From assembly GCA_000320545.1 (NCBI GenBank), contig ADNK01001816.1, forward strand, positions 73,704-137,703: DNA of 64,000 bases. The letters run 5' to 3'. Both the position numbers and the translations under genes were made by a program. How positions within the stretch are numbered: position 1 is the stretch's first letter; the number at the start of each line of letters is the position of its first letter. The notes below the pieces were generated by a model, which had not been told where the DNA came from, searched no databases, and worked only from the letters and a program-made list of their open reading frames with translations. Origin of the DNA: Bigelowiella natans CCMP2755 (Eukaryota > Protista > Cercozoa). This document shows, one piece after another, positions 13,403-26,493 of this stretch.

Positions 13403-14945
13403 ACAGTAGTAATGTAAGCGTCATCGTCGTTTTCCATCAACTCTTAAGCAGCAAGAGCATATTCATACCCAAAGCTGTGAGCAGCAAGTATAGGAAGTCT
13501 TTCCGATATATTCATGACACGATTGAAACGTAGCACGTCAACAACGTGTTGCTCGATGTTAGGCACTGTGGTTAAAAAACCACATGAGATATCACTATTA
13601 TTTAACGCATCTTAGCCCTTTCCAACATAATTTTCGAGTCTTTATGTGATGTGTATTTGAAGTGGTGACGCTGTTAATACTTGACTATCAGCAATATTTC
13701 AAATGTGTGAGTATGAAAAAAGTCAAGACACACACCACCTTTTACATCGGGGAATAATGGATCTGGAGACTCAGATGTTCCTATTGTGATAATTGCTTTT
13801 ATTTTCATTACCATCATCATAAAACATCACTACCACCCTCCTATGATACGATACACTGCGACAACAACTCTAAATGCTATCGAATTGCTCTCAACCCCGA
13901 AACGATATTGAATAGCAGTCATATCCCTCCTCGGAGAAGAACTGCATCCAGTGCTACGTGTAAGATCAGAAAATGCAGCAGGTCGGGTAGTTTTCTGTCA
14001 GTATTATTGTTGTTATTATATTATTGTTATTTTATATTTCTGAAATAATCTGCGGCAAACTTGCCTGGCATACAAAAAGTGAATCAATCATTATTGCAAC
14101 CTCCGCAAAGCACCAACCACTATGAAAAGATCCGTGAAGAAACACAATGGGAGGTCTTTTACCAGCAAGGGGACCTGATATTTACAATGTAGTAATTACA
14201 GTTACTAATGCACATTGACGACGTGTGTGTCATCTTCTTGGTTTCGTGTTACCTTTACCCGCTGAGTAGAAATAACGCATTCGAAAACCGTCCTCAAACT
14301 GCACTGATTTTTCTTCGATGCTGAAGACATGATCATCATCTTCGGGAGAGTTTTTTGCCACCATTGCAGAGGACTTTATCCTCCTTGGCCGCCTCCTCCC
14401 CCTCGTGTGTTGCTGCAGCATTAGAGGTGATAGTCTATATCTCCCACCGAAAGGCGCTGGAGGTGGTATCAGCGTCACCTATGATGTACTGAAATGTTAT
14501 CAACAGTGCTTCGAATGTGATGGCGTTAGGGTTGGAAGCGATTGTTTAAGATGATAACGGGAGGCAGCAGCTCTACTTTGTCGTTAGATGAATGGACGGC
14601 GCTTGAGACATCTCTAAGCTGCATTCGTCCTCTTCTTCTCCTTCTTAAGGATTCTTTCGAGTGGTACAATGATGAGGACGGCAGTTCGTTTGTGGTTCTT
14701 CTGCTAGTACTACCGATGTAATAATTACGTGAGGAGGAGGAGGAGGAGGAGAAGGAGCAGGGGGAGTGCATTGCTGATGTCCCAGAAGAAGAAATAGAAG
14801 AGAGGAATATCTGGCTGCGAGAAGGTGCCGAGGATATTACTATTGACGCAGATAATAATCCTACCACCGTTGCTAGAAGGACCAAATTGAAAGGGGGGAG
14901 AGCAACACCCGCATGCTCGGGAGCCTTGCCCATGTGAGAAGCCAT
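11343..14945 (-). CDS. Alpha/beta hydrolase (esterase/lysophospholipase-like) with signal peptide plus transit-like leader, multi-exon
   Basis: PPIVFLHGSFHSGWC (~14105-14157), nucleophile AHSFGG (13466-13483, spliced to ~13210), VPPSGNGPMTKRF, LVFGAKNDFLVD (Asp) and EGAHDVMLD (His), stop 11343. The N-terminus has a hydrophobic stretch (LVLLATVVGLLSASIVIS) followed by an S/R-rich region. Confidence 0.88.
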
Positions 14946-14968
14946 CGCCGATTCCAGATGTTGTTGTC

Positions 14969-15200
14969 TGATGTTGCCTGTTGAATGGAGAAAACTCAGG
15001 ATATATCTTGGTATAATATTAGTCTATTTATATCGACTTCAATGTGTTGTTGCCTATTATATTGGAGAATACTTAAGATATATCGGGTTATAATATTAGT
15101 CTATATTTTATCCACTTTCTGTGTGTTGTTGCCTGATGTTGCCTGTTAAATTGGAGAATACTCACGATATATCCGTGTATAATATTTATCTAGATCTACT
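14969..15200. repeat. Three diverged ~75-bp repeats in the hydrolase/mannosidase divergent promoter region
   Basis: The motif TTGCCT.TT...TGGAGAA.ACT...GATATATC..G.TATAATATT..TCTA recurs at ~14974, ~15050 and ~15139. Confidence 0.75.
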
Positions 15201-15463
15201 TTATATCTTCCAGACACGAGTTGTCAGGTAATTACCTAGTTACGACTTGAGTTCTGTGTTGTCTTCTATGGTTAAATAGACTACATTTTGAGCAGTTTTA
15301 TTCACAGGTAACAGGCACACACTTACTGCGGCATCCATTAAAGAGCACTCGTCGAATAGATCTAACCCGAACTAGCGCATCCTAAGCCGTGCGGGAGCTG
15401 GTTGGGTTTCTTGTCTCATAAAGGGGTTGGGGGTGGGTTCCCTGTCCTTTACCAAGACTTATT

Positions 15464-17497
15464 ATGGCGGCTGTAATGCGATCGTATGGCGCTTTCGGCC
15501 TTATCCTCTTGGTGATATTTGTGCTCACTCTGTTCTTTAACAGTTTTGTTGAGACAGAAAAGAGCGATTTTGATCGGATGCAGCGAGATTGGACACGAGA
15601 AGAGCACCATGTAATGGATGAGTTGCGCGCAACCATGGCAGAAATGAAAAAGTTGATTAAATCGAAGACAGACGCAGTGCCTACTTCTAGCAATGATGAC
15701 GTTGATGATATATATCCCACCGTTGATGAGCTTAGAGAGGCAGGTCTAGATGAAAGGGTTATCAACATCGTGCAAGAAGCGTTGTTGAAGAAAAGAGTGA
15801 ATAAGAGGAAGAAGAAGAGTGGTAGTGGTTCCCTACTACTGAGACAGCAGCAGCGTCGATTAGAACAACAACAGCAGCAGCAGCAGCAAAAGCACTATGC
15901 TTCTCAATTAAATGAAAAACTCAAAAATGAACCAACAGATCGTGTGAGAGTCATGCCGACACCTCCCCCGCAGGGTTATTCTTCTTCCTCTTCTTCATCT
16001 AGTAATGATGCAGATGGTATTAAGACGCCGGAGGAAGCTCTCCTCAGAGACCCCCCCCCTGCAGAGGAGGATGAGGACAAAGCGAAATACGATAATAGGG
16101 GCCAGGGAAAAGACAAAGAAGAAGAAGGCGTTGGCAGAGCAGAACCTGAAAAATTAGAGGAGATTAAGCAAGAGATGGTACATGCTTGGAAAGCTTATGA
16201 GCTTTATGCATGGGGGCGGGATGTAGTGAATCCTGTTTCAAGAAGAGGATCTGATGAGCAATACCGTATGGCTATTACGCTGCTCGATTCTCTCGATACA
16301 TTGTGGATAATGGGGTTGAAAGATAAATTTAACAAAGGCGTCGAGTGGGTGAGAGACAGCTGCGTGTTTGGACGTCAGGAGGTCAGTGTATTCGAAACCA
16401 CAATTAGAGCATTAGGTGGGTTGTTGGCAGCATACCATCTCTCACAAGAGAAGATACTGCTCCAAAAAGCAGAAGAACTGGCCTTGAAAATGGAACCAGC
16501 ATTTGACACTCCAACAGGATTTCCAAAGAGCACAGTGCGGTTGAGCACAGGAGAGTCGTGGTGTCCATCGTGGTCTCATAATTCAGCTTCCTTCTCGGAG
16601 GTAACATCTCTGTATCTTGAATGGAACTATCTATCACAGGCTACTAATAATCCAAGATTTACAAAAAGAGTAGAGAAGGTCATGGAGACGATGATCAAAA
16701 TGCCAAAGATACAAGGATTGTACGCTCAATGGGTGAGCGTCGATACAGGACGTTTCACGTCTGGAGATATCACACTCGGATCTAGGGTAGACAGTGCATA
16801 CGAGTACCTTGAGAAAGCATGGAGATCTTCAGGAAGGAAAAGAAAAGATTTTCTCCAAGAGTATTTAGACCGTGTAGATTCAGTGGAAGAACACCTTATT
16901 CGAAAGTCTAGCCCTAACGGTCTAACATACATTCAGCAGTGTACGTTCTCAAAGTCTCGATGTCATGGCCAGTTTGATCATCTTGTTTGCTTTGCACCTG
17001 CTATGTTTGCATTGGGTGCTCAAGAACCTTTGAATCCTAAGAAGGAGAGGCATATGCAGCTTGCAAGAGAGCTCATGGAGACTTGTTGGCAATCATATGC
17101 TAGAATGCCCACAGGTCTCGCTCCGGAAATCATCAAATTTGATAAGGGAGAGGACTTCTATGTCGATTCACGCGACACTCATAATCTATTGCGACCTGAA
17201 ACAATTGAGTCTTTGTTTGTGATGTGGAGAGTGACGCATGAGCAGAAATACCGTGATCAGGCATGGTCTATTTTCAAATCGTTCCAAAAGTGGGCAAAAG
17301 TAGATAATGCGGGCTACTCAAGCCTCAATAGTGTCAAGATTCACTCTCTACAAGAACGTTCATTCCGCGACCATACAGAAAGCTTCTTTTTCGCAGAAAC
17401 AATGAAATACCTCTATCTCATTTTCACCGATGATAGCGTGATGCCTGTGGACAAATATGTCTTCAATACTGAGGCTCATGCCTTCCCAATAACATAG
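15464..17497 (+). CDS. Class I alpha-1,2-mannosidase (glycoside hydrolase family 47), type II membrane protein, intronless
   Basis: 677-aa ORF with N-terminal TM helix and stem region. GH47 motifs: HAWKAYELYAWGRD, DSLDTLWIMGL, VSVFETTIRALGGLLAAY, DSAYEYL, DHLVCF, LLRPETIESLF, ESFFFAETMKYLYL, VFNTEAH. Confidence 0.97.
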   Translation: MAAVMRSYGAFGLILLVIFVLTLFFNSFVETEKSDFDRMQRDWTREEHHVMDELRATMAEMKKLIKSKTDAVPTSSNDDVDDIYPTVDELREAGLDERVINIVQEALLKKRVNKRKKKSGSGSLLLRQQQRRLEQQQQQQQQKHYASQLNEKLKNEPTDRVRVMPTPPPQGYSSSSSSSSNDADGIKTPEEALLRDPPPAEEDEDKAKYDNRGQGKDKEEEGVGRAEPEKLEEIKQEMVHAWKAYELYAWGRDVVNPVSRRGSDEQYRMAITLLDSLDTLWIMGLKDKFNKGVEWVRDSCVFGRQEVSVFETTIRALGGLLAAYHLSQEKILLQKAEELALKMEPAFDTPTGFPKSTVRLSTGESWCPSWSHNSASFSEVTSLYLEWNYLSQATNNPRFTKRVEKVMETMIKMPKIQGLYAQWVSVDTGRFTSGDITLGSRVDSAYEYLEKAWRSSGRKRKDFLQEYLDRVDSVEEHLIRKSSPNGLTYIQQCTFSKSRCHGQFDHLVCFAPAMFALGAQEPLNPKKERHMQLARELMETCWQSYARMPTGLAPEIIKFDKGEDFYVDSRDTHNLLRPETIESLFVMWRVTHEQKYRDQAWSIFKSFQKWAKVDNAGYSSLNSVKIHSLQERSFRDHTESFFFAETMKYLYLIFTDDSVMPVDKYVFNTEAHAFPIT

Positions 17498-17504
17498 AAA
17501 CAAC

Positions 17505-17537
<33 letters not shown>

Positions 17538-18882
17538 TAACAGTGCTGCGAGCTAGATTATTCCTTCTTGATTTCAAGGCAGTAGTCGTGCATAATGTGA
17601 TGCCATACCTCGATTTGTATAGCAATATTATGTTTTGGTGCTATGTGGAATAGACAATTAATTTACTACAAGTCAGTACGATGAAGTTAGTTATTAGGGC
17701 ATTCATTGCCATTCACCATGATGCTATACCACACTACTCAGTTATTCGTATGCTAACAATTCAGAAACAGTCTGAATGCATTGCTAGATTGGTGTGCCTT
17801 ATGTTTCTCAGCTGACACAGCAGATCAAATTAGGGTATTACTAGCATACGATAATTGTGCAGCTACGAGCCAGCGTGTTACTTGTACAAAGGTACTTTAT
17901 GGATTTTGGCATTCATATATGTAGTGTAGAGCTGCAGCTCATCATTGCTGTGGCATTCCACAACAAGCAAGCGTATACTACTTGTTCAACCTAAAGCCTT
18001 GCATTGTTGCTCCTGCGGTAGTTTATACGCACAGTTGTTGCGCGTGGCAGAATAGATGCGTGCTATGATCGACTATGCAAGTATGAGGCCGTGGATGTAT
18101 GATGATCATTTCAACTATGATTTATGGAAATCCTAATTTACGTAGCCATGCAAACCAGCGCTAGAGCGGCCACAGCTAGACAGCGCTCAAATTGCACACA
18201 CTGTATTTCTGTTGTGATGTCCTTTATGCATGCAACAAGCAAGCGGCAGAGTGGCGTAAGTGCACTACGTGCTGCGTGCTTGATGAGCGCTACTGCTGCG
18301 AGTTTGTTTCTGTTCCTTTGACAATCGCTTAGTTTCGTCATCTCTCTCCATTATGGCAGTTAACTGAATGCCAAGTCTAGTTTGTCATTGAGCATACTCA
18401 GGATCATGCCATGTTTGTACGATGTACATGCATTGATTTCCTCCCATTGTGGACGTGAGCGCCGAGAGAACTTGAATGTGCCGCGACAATGAAAGCTCAG
18501 ACGTATCGTACTAAGTGCGATATTGTTACGTTCGAATTCGCCATGAACATGAGTCTATTCCCTTCTTTCTATCAATGCATGCTGACTACTGCTGTTGCTG
18601 GTGGTGGTTTGCTAATGAACGATGGCAAGTGTTGGCACATTTCATCATATGTTCCACACGACGACAACGAATCGATGTTGTTGAAGTCATGGAGATGTAG
18701 CTATCGTATGCTTATTCAAAGGTTGATTATCTTCAGTGATGCTTTTTACATGATGAGTCTGTGTATCCATTCCATACATTGTTAGTGCTGCTTGTGAATG
18801 GCCATGAGAGACGAGGGTAGTAGGTAATAACTGGCATAGTAGTATCCTTATCATCATAATTCTAATTCTATCCTCCTTGAAT

Positions 18883-18931
<49 letters not shown>

Positions 18932-19131
18932 TATATGACACTGCTGTATGCATGTAGTAAATACCAGCTACTTGAACACCCAAGCGAAGAAGTAGGCCTT
19001 TGATTGTAGGTAGATAGAGGGTAGGTAAACAGCAACTGTGAGTATAATGCCATTTGATATTATTCAACACTTTGAGGAGTAGTAGTAGTAGTATTCTATT
19101 TGATGATTTTATCAAAAGCAGCATAATTTGA

Positions 19132-19163
<32 letters not shown>

Positions 19164-19176
19164 TATACCTCCTTCA

Positions 19177-19249
19177 TCAGAGTTGGTGCGAGATCTTGAA
19201 CAATACGTACAAAACAAGAGGAATCCCTGATTGATGATGATAATGATGA

Positions 19250-19283
<34 letters not shown>

Positions 19284-19835
19284 TGTGTTGTATTCATTAT
19301 CATCATCATCATCATATTCAAAGAAGGAAGCACAACCTGCTCCGAAAGCGAAGTTACGCACAACTACTCCAAGAAAGTAATTATTGAATTCTGCCAGTTG
19401 AAAGTAGCATCACAGAATAGGAGGCAAATAGACAACCACGCATCATCATCAGATATCATACCATATGATTAGCCCTCTTCCTATTATATGAATCATCACT
19501 GTAATTTCTTATTATCGTCAGTAAACAACCAGAGAATACTACTACCTTCATCTCCGGCCACTTTAAAATCGTCGCTGTACCTAGATTATGGTAGCATGAT
19601 GATGATGACATGGAGTGAAGAGGAGGACAACGAATAAGAAGAAGAAGAACAACAACAACACAACATGGATGGCTGCCTCTATATTATATTATTCATATTT
19701 AAGTTATCATCATCATTATCATCATCATCATCATCATCAGTACTGTGTGAGCTCGGAACGTGTCATTGCGGAGTTAACATCGAAGTACCAAGATATTGCA
19801 TTCTATGAGTAAGTGTAGTGGTATAGTAGTAGTAA

Positions 19836-19866
<31 letters not shown>

Positions 19867-19907
19867 TGTAGTACCAAGGAAAGAAGGGATTAGAAAATGA
19901 ATTTGTT

Positions 19908-19974
<67 letters not shown>

Positions 19975-20086
19975 ACAGTGTAGTCCACAAAGTTGTTGTT
20001 TTTATTGTTGTTGTTGCTGCTGTATAGGGTTGGTAGTAGATGGATAAGGATGGAGACTACATTATCATGCCAATCCCCTATCAATA

Positions 20087-20121
<35 letters not shown>

Positions 20122-20145
20122 TATCATGCCAATCCCCTATCAATA

Positions 20146-20182
<37 letters not shown>

Positions 20183-20259
20183 GCATCACTACCACCCATA
20201 ATATATACCTACTTTGACTTTAAATTAAGTATGCAGCACCAGTAGTACAAATGCAGAGT

Positions 20260-20302
<43 letters not shown>

Positions 20303-20798
20303 ATATTGCTATTATTATTATTGCTGTAGGTCGGTATTGTTCTGATATCCTTCACGAATAATGATACTACCCATCACAGTGTCAATATAATTCGTATGGT
20401 GTGCGTATTATCGTCGTGTGTGTGTATAGTAATTAATATTTATCATATCGTCAAATATTCTACTATCGCTCACACATCTACATTACTAGTACTACTGGTT
20501 GATGATGGTACTGTTACCTCTGTTGTCCTCATAGCCATGAGGAGATTATATACACTTATCACGTCGTCAATATCAAACCCTATATACACCAAAGCAGTAG
20601 TAGCAGTAGTAGTAGTGGTAAATATTTTCTTCTTCTTCTTTTCCTTCTTTTTCTTGGTGTTCTTCTTCTTCTCATGTAGTAATTATAATATAATAACTGG
20701 CATTTCTTCCATTAATTAGAATGCAACAAGCAGTATCATCACCATCATTTGTATCATGCATTTCTCCTAATGATCATCATGCTTAATAATAGTAATAA

Positions 20799-20832
<34 letters not shown>

Positions 20833-23347
20833 GTTGTTGTTATTGTTGTTGTTGTTGTTGTTGTTGTTGCTGCTGCTGCTTCTGCTGTTGTGAAAATACA
20901 ACCGTTCATAATTATATCCTCATGTTCCAGAACCTAATGTGGGGTAGTTGTAGTATTGTAAGTAGTAGTAGTAGTATCACCCCTTCAAATAATCCACACA
21001 TCATATACTCGACCAAACATGCATAATAATATTAGTAATATTAATAGTATTTTGACGACTTGAAGCATATAATAATGAATTGCCAATTAAACACTACCTC
21101 TCCCTTCATAGATGTCTTAAAAACAGATAATATATCTACAGAGCCTAATTAAACCATCATCCATCATTTCACACCAAACAAAGAAGAAGAAGAAGAGAAG
21201 AAGAAGATGCTGATGATGGAGGAGGGAGAAGAAAAAGACTATCATATCAGTAGCAAAAGTAGTACTATATCAAGCATATAGATCATGATATAGAAAGTAC
21301 TTAGTAGCCGTTAGCTATATAAACAACCCGTCTTTCTTCCTCCTCTCTCCTGTGTCTCTCTTCTTCCTCTTTTAGATGTGATATTATCGTGTATGAATCG
21401 AATCGTGTGCAGCATTTAAACAATGCAATCCTAATTTTCTGTGCTTCTTCTTCTTCTTCTTCTCTTTCCCCTCCCCTCACACATGATGATGCTAATGATA
21501 GCATCACATTTAAGTTTTTTGGGATCTTCTTGCGAGATTGCAGCATCTTGAGGAAGCTTTCGCACACCAACTCGCACTGGCAATCTTAAGTAGTAGTAGC
21601 AGAAGTAGTAGCAGTAGTAGTTGTTGTTGTACAAGTGATAGATTGTGGATTTTGGAACATATTCTTGTTATTATTGCTGCTGCTGCTGCTGCTGCTACTA
21701 CTACTACGAGTTGAATGATGGTAGTTGTTTGTTATTATCACGCTGATAGTACTATTACTACTCTCCTTCTACAACTACATTACAATACGTCAAATAATAG
21801 TTGTATTACGGTATGGGTGCCAGGAACTCAACGCGCCATCTGAGCAATACCTATTGGTGCGAAGTAAGTTCAAATTTATTGAATGAATTAATCGGCGATA
21901 ATATCTTACAATGTAAAGTAGTGAGTACTACATACATGTACGTACTATTACATAAACAAATCAACAAACACTAGTAGATGAGATATACTACTATCACCAC
22001 CTCGTTTTGTCCTAAGCTTGTACGATCAATTTCTTCAACTCTCAGCTGTGTAAGTGTAAGTGTGTAAGTGAAAGAAGAAGAAGAAGAAGAAGAAGAAGAA
22101 GAAGAAGAGAATATATGTGAACACGATGTGGATATATAGATTTTAGTCTAGAGATCAAATTGACCACTATCATTAGATTATTATCCACAAAAATAATGAA
22201 AACAATTATGTAGAGGGGAGGGAGAAGAGATTGGCAGACAACGACTGTCTCTTCTTCTTGATCTTCTTCTATGATACAGCAACAACAACTTTACTGTAAA
22301 ATTTGATGAGATTTGCGCCCCCCCCGCCCCCCCTATTTTTTTTTATCTTTGTTCTCCTCTTTCTCTCCCTTGCTGCCTCTACTACAGCACCTTTTCGAGA
22401 GTGTTGGGGATGTTATGTTTCCATGTTTCTAGCGTATTCTGGTAGTTCGTGCCTTTATTATTGCAATAACAATAATGAGAAGAAGAAGAAGAAGAAGCAG
22501 TAGTAGCAGTACTTGTAAGGACATTCATTAATAACATTACTGCAAGTTGTGATTTCCATGAGCAAGTATTTACTACTTCTCTCTTTTTTTCCCTAACCCT
22601 CCTCCTGCCCCTCTATAGTAGTACCTTTTAGGTTGATTAGTCCAAAAGGTCCTCGATATATCGTTTTTGCCGTTACACTAAAAAAAAATTTTTCTGTTGA
22701 TGATGCCTGCTCCTTCTTTGAAGAAGAAGATGGGGAAGGAGACTTGGAAGAACTTAGCCAAGGCTGAGGAGGAGTAGGGGGAGGAGGAAGAGGCGCAGGG
22801 GTTAATATGACGATGATGATTATGAGGATGATATAATAGAATAATTAATCAGACAAGGGAGAGGCTCCTTCATCGAGCATAAACTCACAAACACTTGATG
22901 ATGATGATGATAATGATGATGATGATGATGAATGATGATGATGGAACTATTAGAGCAACATGCTCTTAATAATAGACTCGAAGACTACTACTACTACTAC
23001 ACACCCCGTTAGTGTGTACTACACGTAAGCTGCGAATACAATAATAGCAGCCATAGCGTGATTGTTGGAAATACTAACACAGTTCTGACCTGGATGATGA
23101 CCGAATTTGTTTGGCTGCTGCTCTCTCCAGCAGTAGCTCTAATATCGTCGCTACTGTCATCATAGCCGCTTTTTGTCCTAATGCACTGTCGTACTGGTAT
23201 GGTCGACTGTATCCTACCCCCATATCTTTTCAGTTGCATAATTCTGTCTTTTTTTATCATTTGTTGCGGAGCCATGCTGTGCTCAAGAAACCCCCCTGTG
23301 GTGATAGCTGGTAGAAAATAGGATAGAAATAGTAGAATAACTCTCTT

Positions 23348-23403
<56 letters not shown>

Positions 23404-23630
23404 AAGAAGAATGACGAATGATATGATGTTCGTGGTAATAATAATAAGAGGAAGAAGAGGATGCAGGAAATCTATGTATGATGAGCTGTGGACAACGAGC
23501 TTCCAAGTGAAGAAGCATCCAAGCTTTTGTTCTTACTCGGAGATAATCTCTTCCACTCCCCTCCTAGGCGCCCACCGTTAGCCAGGCAGTGCCCGTAGCC
23601 CAATAACAGGAGGACGAATGCATCGACCAT
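19177..23630 (-). CDS. Putative SnoaL/NTF2-like (DUF2358-type) protein with N-terminal leader and C-terminal TM helix, multi-exon
   Basis: Minus-strand exons: TIYRGPFGLINLKG (~22625-22665), NTLETWKHNIPNTLEK, LRVEEIDRTSLGQNE, VLLRWRVEFLAPIP-LPVRVGVRKLP, GSVDILSVFKTSMKGE, VLEHEDIIMNG-FDIDDVISVYNLLMAMRTTE, NAISWYFDVNSAMTRSELTQ, YSDDFKVAGDE, EFNNYFLGVVVRNFAFGAG-IPLVLYVLFKISHQL* (TGA 19177-19179). Possible start MVDAFVLLLLGYGHCLA at 23630. The family call is inferred from motif spacing, and a few junctions are unresolved. Confidence 0.6.
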
Positions 23631-23993
23631 GAGCGACGAGGGAAGGGGGCGACTACGCGACGGAGGCAGGCGACGATTGGGTTTCACAGGCGGTTTTTGC
23701 TATTTCTGCTCGTTTAATTCTTCGGCATTTAGTAGATCCCCATTGAAGTTGTCTTATATTAGCGTTATATCGGTAATATCTAGTATATATTTTTATCCAT
23801 TGGTGGGTGATGTTGTTAAAAGTTGTTGTAATTGTTCCCACCACCAAAAAGAAGAAGAAGAAGAAGGAGAGAGGTACTCATTACCTATCCCTCCCTACCA
23901 TCATCACCAACTTTCCCTAAAAGAAAACAGGATCCTTCACTTCTTCTTCGGAATAGCCTTATTCGAATAAGGGAGGACAATCAAATAGTCAGC

Positions 23994-24367
23994 ATGAGTT
24001 TCCATGCACCATTTTCAAGAGACTATAGACAATGGCAAGCAAGGGGGGGGATGAAACGCTCAAGTAGTAGTAGTAGGGTACTTTATTTTCGTGTTGCAGT
24101 AGTAGCAGCAATGGTGCCTCTTCTCCACCTTATTTCATCTAGAATGATCTCTATTGAAGCAGTGGCAGCAGTTTATTCACAGCATAGAGCAGGATTCATC
24201 CCCCCACTGAGGAACAACGCCTTTTTAGCAAACGCTCCTAATAGTGCTGCTATTGGTACTGGTGGTGGTAATTCTTCTCCTTCTCCTTCTTCGTCTTCTG
24301 TGGGACAAGGACGACTCCGTTCAGACTTCTTGAGGGTATATAATAGCAAGATCAAGGGCCTCCTATC

Positions 24368-24403
<36 letters not shown>

Positions 24404-25136
24404 TGGTTGTGACGATGGTTCTTCTCTTCTCGCACCTAAATTGGCATTATCGTCGTCATCATTTAAGAAACGAATTCAAACGAGGGGAGGAGCAAGGCGT
24501 GTTGACATGGCGGTATGAGATATGAATTCGTAGTAGTGTACATAGTTGCATGATGATGACATGGCGGTATGATGTATGAATTCGTAGTAGTGTACCGTGT
24601 TGACATGGCGGTATGAGATATGAATTCGTAGTAGTGTACCGTGTTGACATGGAGGTATGAGATATGAATTCGTAGTAGTTTAATATAGTTGCATGATGAT
24701 ACGATGCATGTAGTAGTAGTACTAGTAGTAGTAGTAGCAGCAGTAGTTTTGCATATCTTCTTTGTTGTATAATGCGTAATGTTATTTGTTTGGGATGATG
24801 ACGACAACACACAGAGTATAGAAATTAATATGTGGAAATAATTGCTGAGATATCTAGCTCTCTCCTTATTGATGGCCGCTTTATCATCATTATTATGAAA
24901 TGATAATATTTATAATAATGGCTTTGTTATTCTTGTTTTGCTGCTATGATCCATTTCCCAGGAGATAGAAGATGATATACTTTGTCCAGACGGTGGCCTT
25001 ATTGAAGAACAACGTTTGGTTAATATGATGAATAATATCAACAAGAATGGAGATATTATAAGTACCACTAGTAGCTTGAAAGCAGTCTTAAAGGTAAACT
25101 TAGTTGATTTGCAACACCAACACACGCACACGCACA

Positions 25137-25181
<45 letters not shown>

Positions 25182-25849
25182 AATGCATATATGTATGTCC
25201 TCGCACTCTTCTTCTGTAGGCAGAGAAAGGTAATGGTGATGAGGCCATGAACAGAGTCGTATGGTGTAGAAACCAACATGATATGGAGAGGAAAAAGGTA
25301 GCAAATAAACAACAACATTCATCACTATCTACTTCTAATTCACTTTCCCTCTCTCTCTCTCTCTCCCTTGCTTTTTATTATCAAGCGTAAATGGTAAATA
25401 TGAATATGATTTCGAGAAATAATTGACCTAATTAGGTTGGTGAGGTTCCATCCTTATACAAGAGCAAATATCGTAGACAATACGTATTCTGTGATGTGTG
25501 TGCGGCCAAAGACATTCATTTACACAGCAAAGGCTATTATCACTGCTCATCCTGTCGGTTTGATGTGTGCGAGACCTGCGCCAAGCAACAACCGTAATAA
25601 TAAGAATAAGAATAATAATAGTAAAACTTATTTATTGTAACAATAATAATAATAATAATATAATGCGCTCAATCTCTAAATCATGAGGCAGGATATCAGG
25701 CAAACTACAATAATATGACAATCAGATCATAGTGGCACACACCCACACACACGTACGTACGAATAGGTTTGGCCGTAGAAAGGAGGATGGAGGAATGATG
25801 TTTAAAGGAATGCCCATTCAAGACATGTATACAGAGAATAGGAAGGTAC

Positions 25850-25881
<32 letters not shown>

Positions 25882-26152
25882 TTTGGACCTATTGGTGATG
25901 GAAAATAATAGTGATTATAAGAATGAATGAGGATGATCATGATGATAATCATACGGAGAATAGAAAAGCTATTGGAGATGTTAGTAATTATAATAAAGAT
26001 AGAAACATACTCACAAATCATCATCATCATTACAAAGGCTCGTTTGAGAAGCATGATAAAGAACCGTCAGAAGGGCATTGTTGTTGTGCTGGAACACATT
26101 GGAAACTATGAGAATGCTGCTGCAGTGATACGTAGCTGTGATGCATTTGGGG

Positions 26153-26189
<37 letters not shown>

Positions 26190-26319
26190 CATATTGTGAT
26201 GATGTTCTGAGAATAAATGATAATGATGATAATGATGATGGTGGTGGTTGTGGTAGTAGACAAGCACAACAATAACAACACACTACTATTACTACTACTA
26301 CTACTACTACAGGTAGCAG

Positions 26320-26355
<36 letters not shown>

Positions 26356-26378
26356 GTTGTGGCACAACAATAACAACA

Positions 26379-26411
<33 letters not shown>

Positions 26412-26457
26412 AGGTAGCAGAGGTTTGGTTCGTGCGATCTAAAAACGACGGTATGTG

Positions 26458-26493
<36 letters not shown>

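Noticed and set aside
18687-19361. 224-aa minus-strand ORF
   Set aside because: It is a read-through of microsatellites and 3' UTR. The spliced gene appears to stop at 19177.
19741-19814. Plus-strand thioredoxin-like exon YCVSSERVIAELTSKYQDIAFYE followed by GTAAGT
   Set aside because: The minus strand gives a continuous in-phase spliced reading with its neighbours, and I found no convincing plus-strand partner exons. An antisense exon is not fully excluded.
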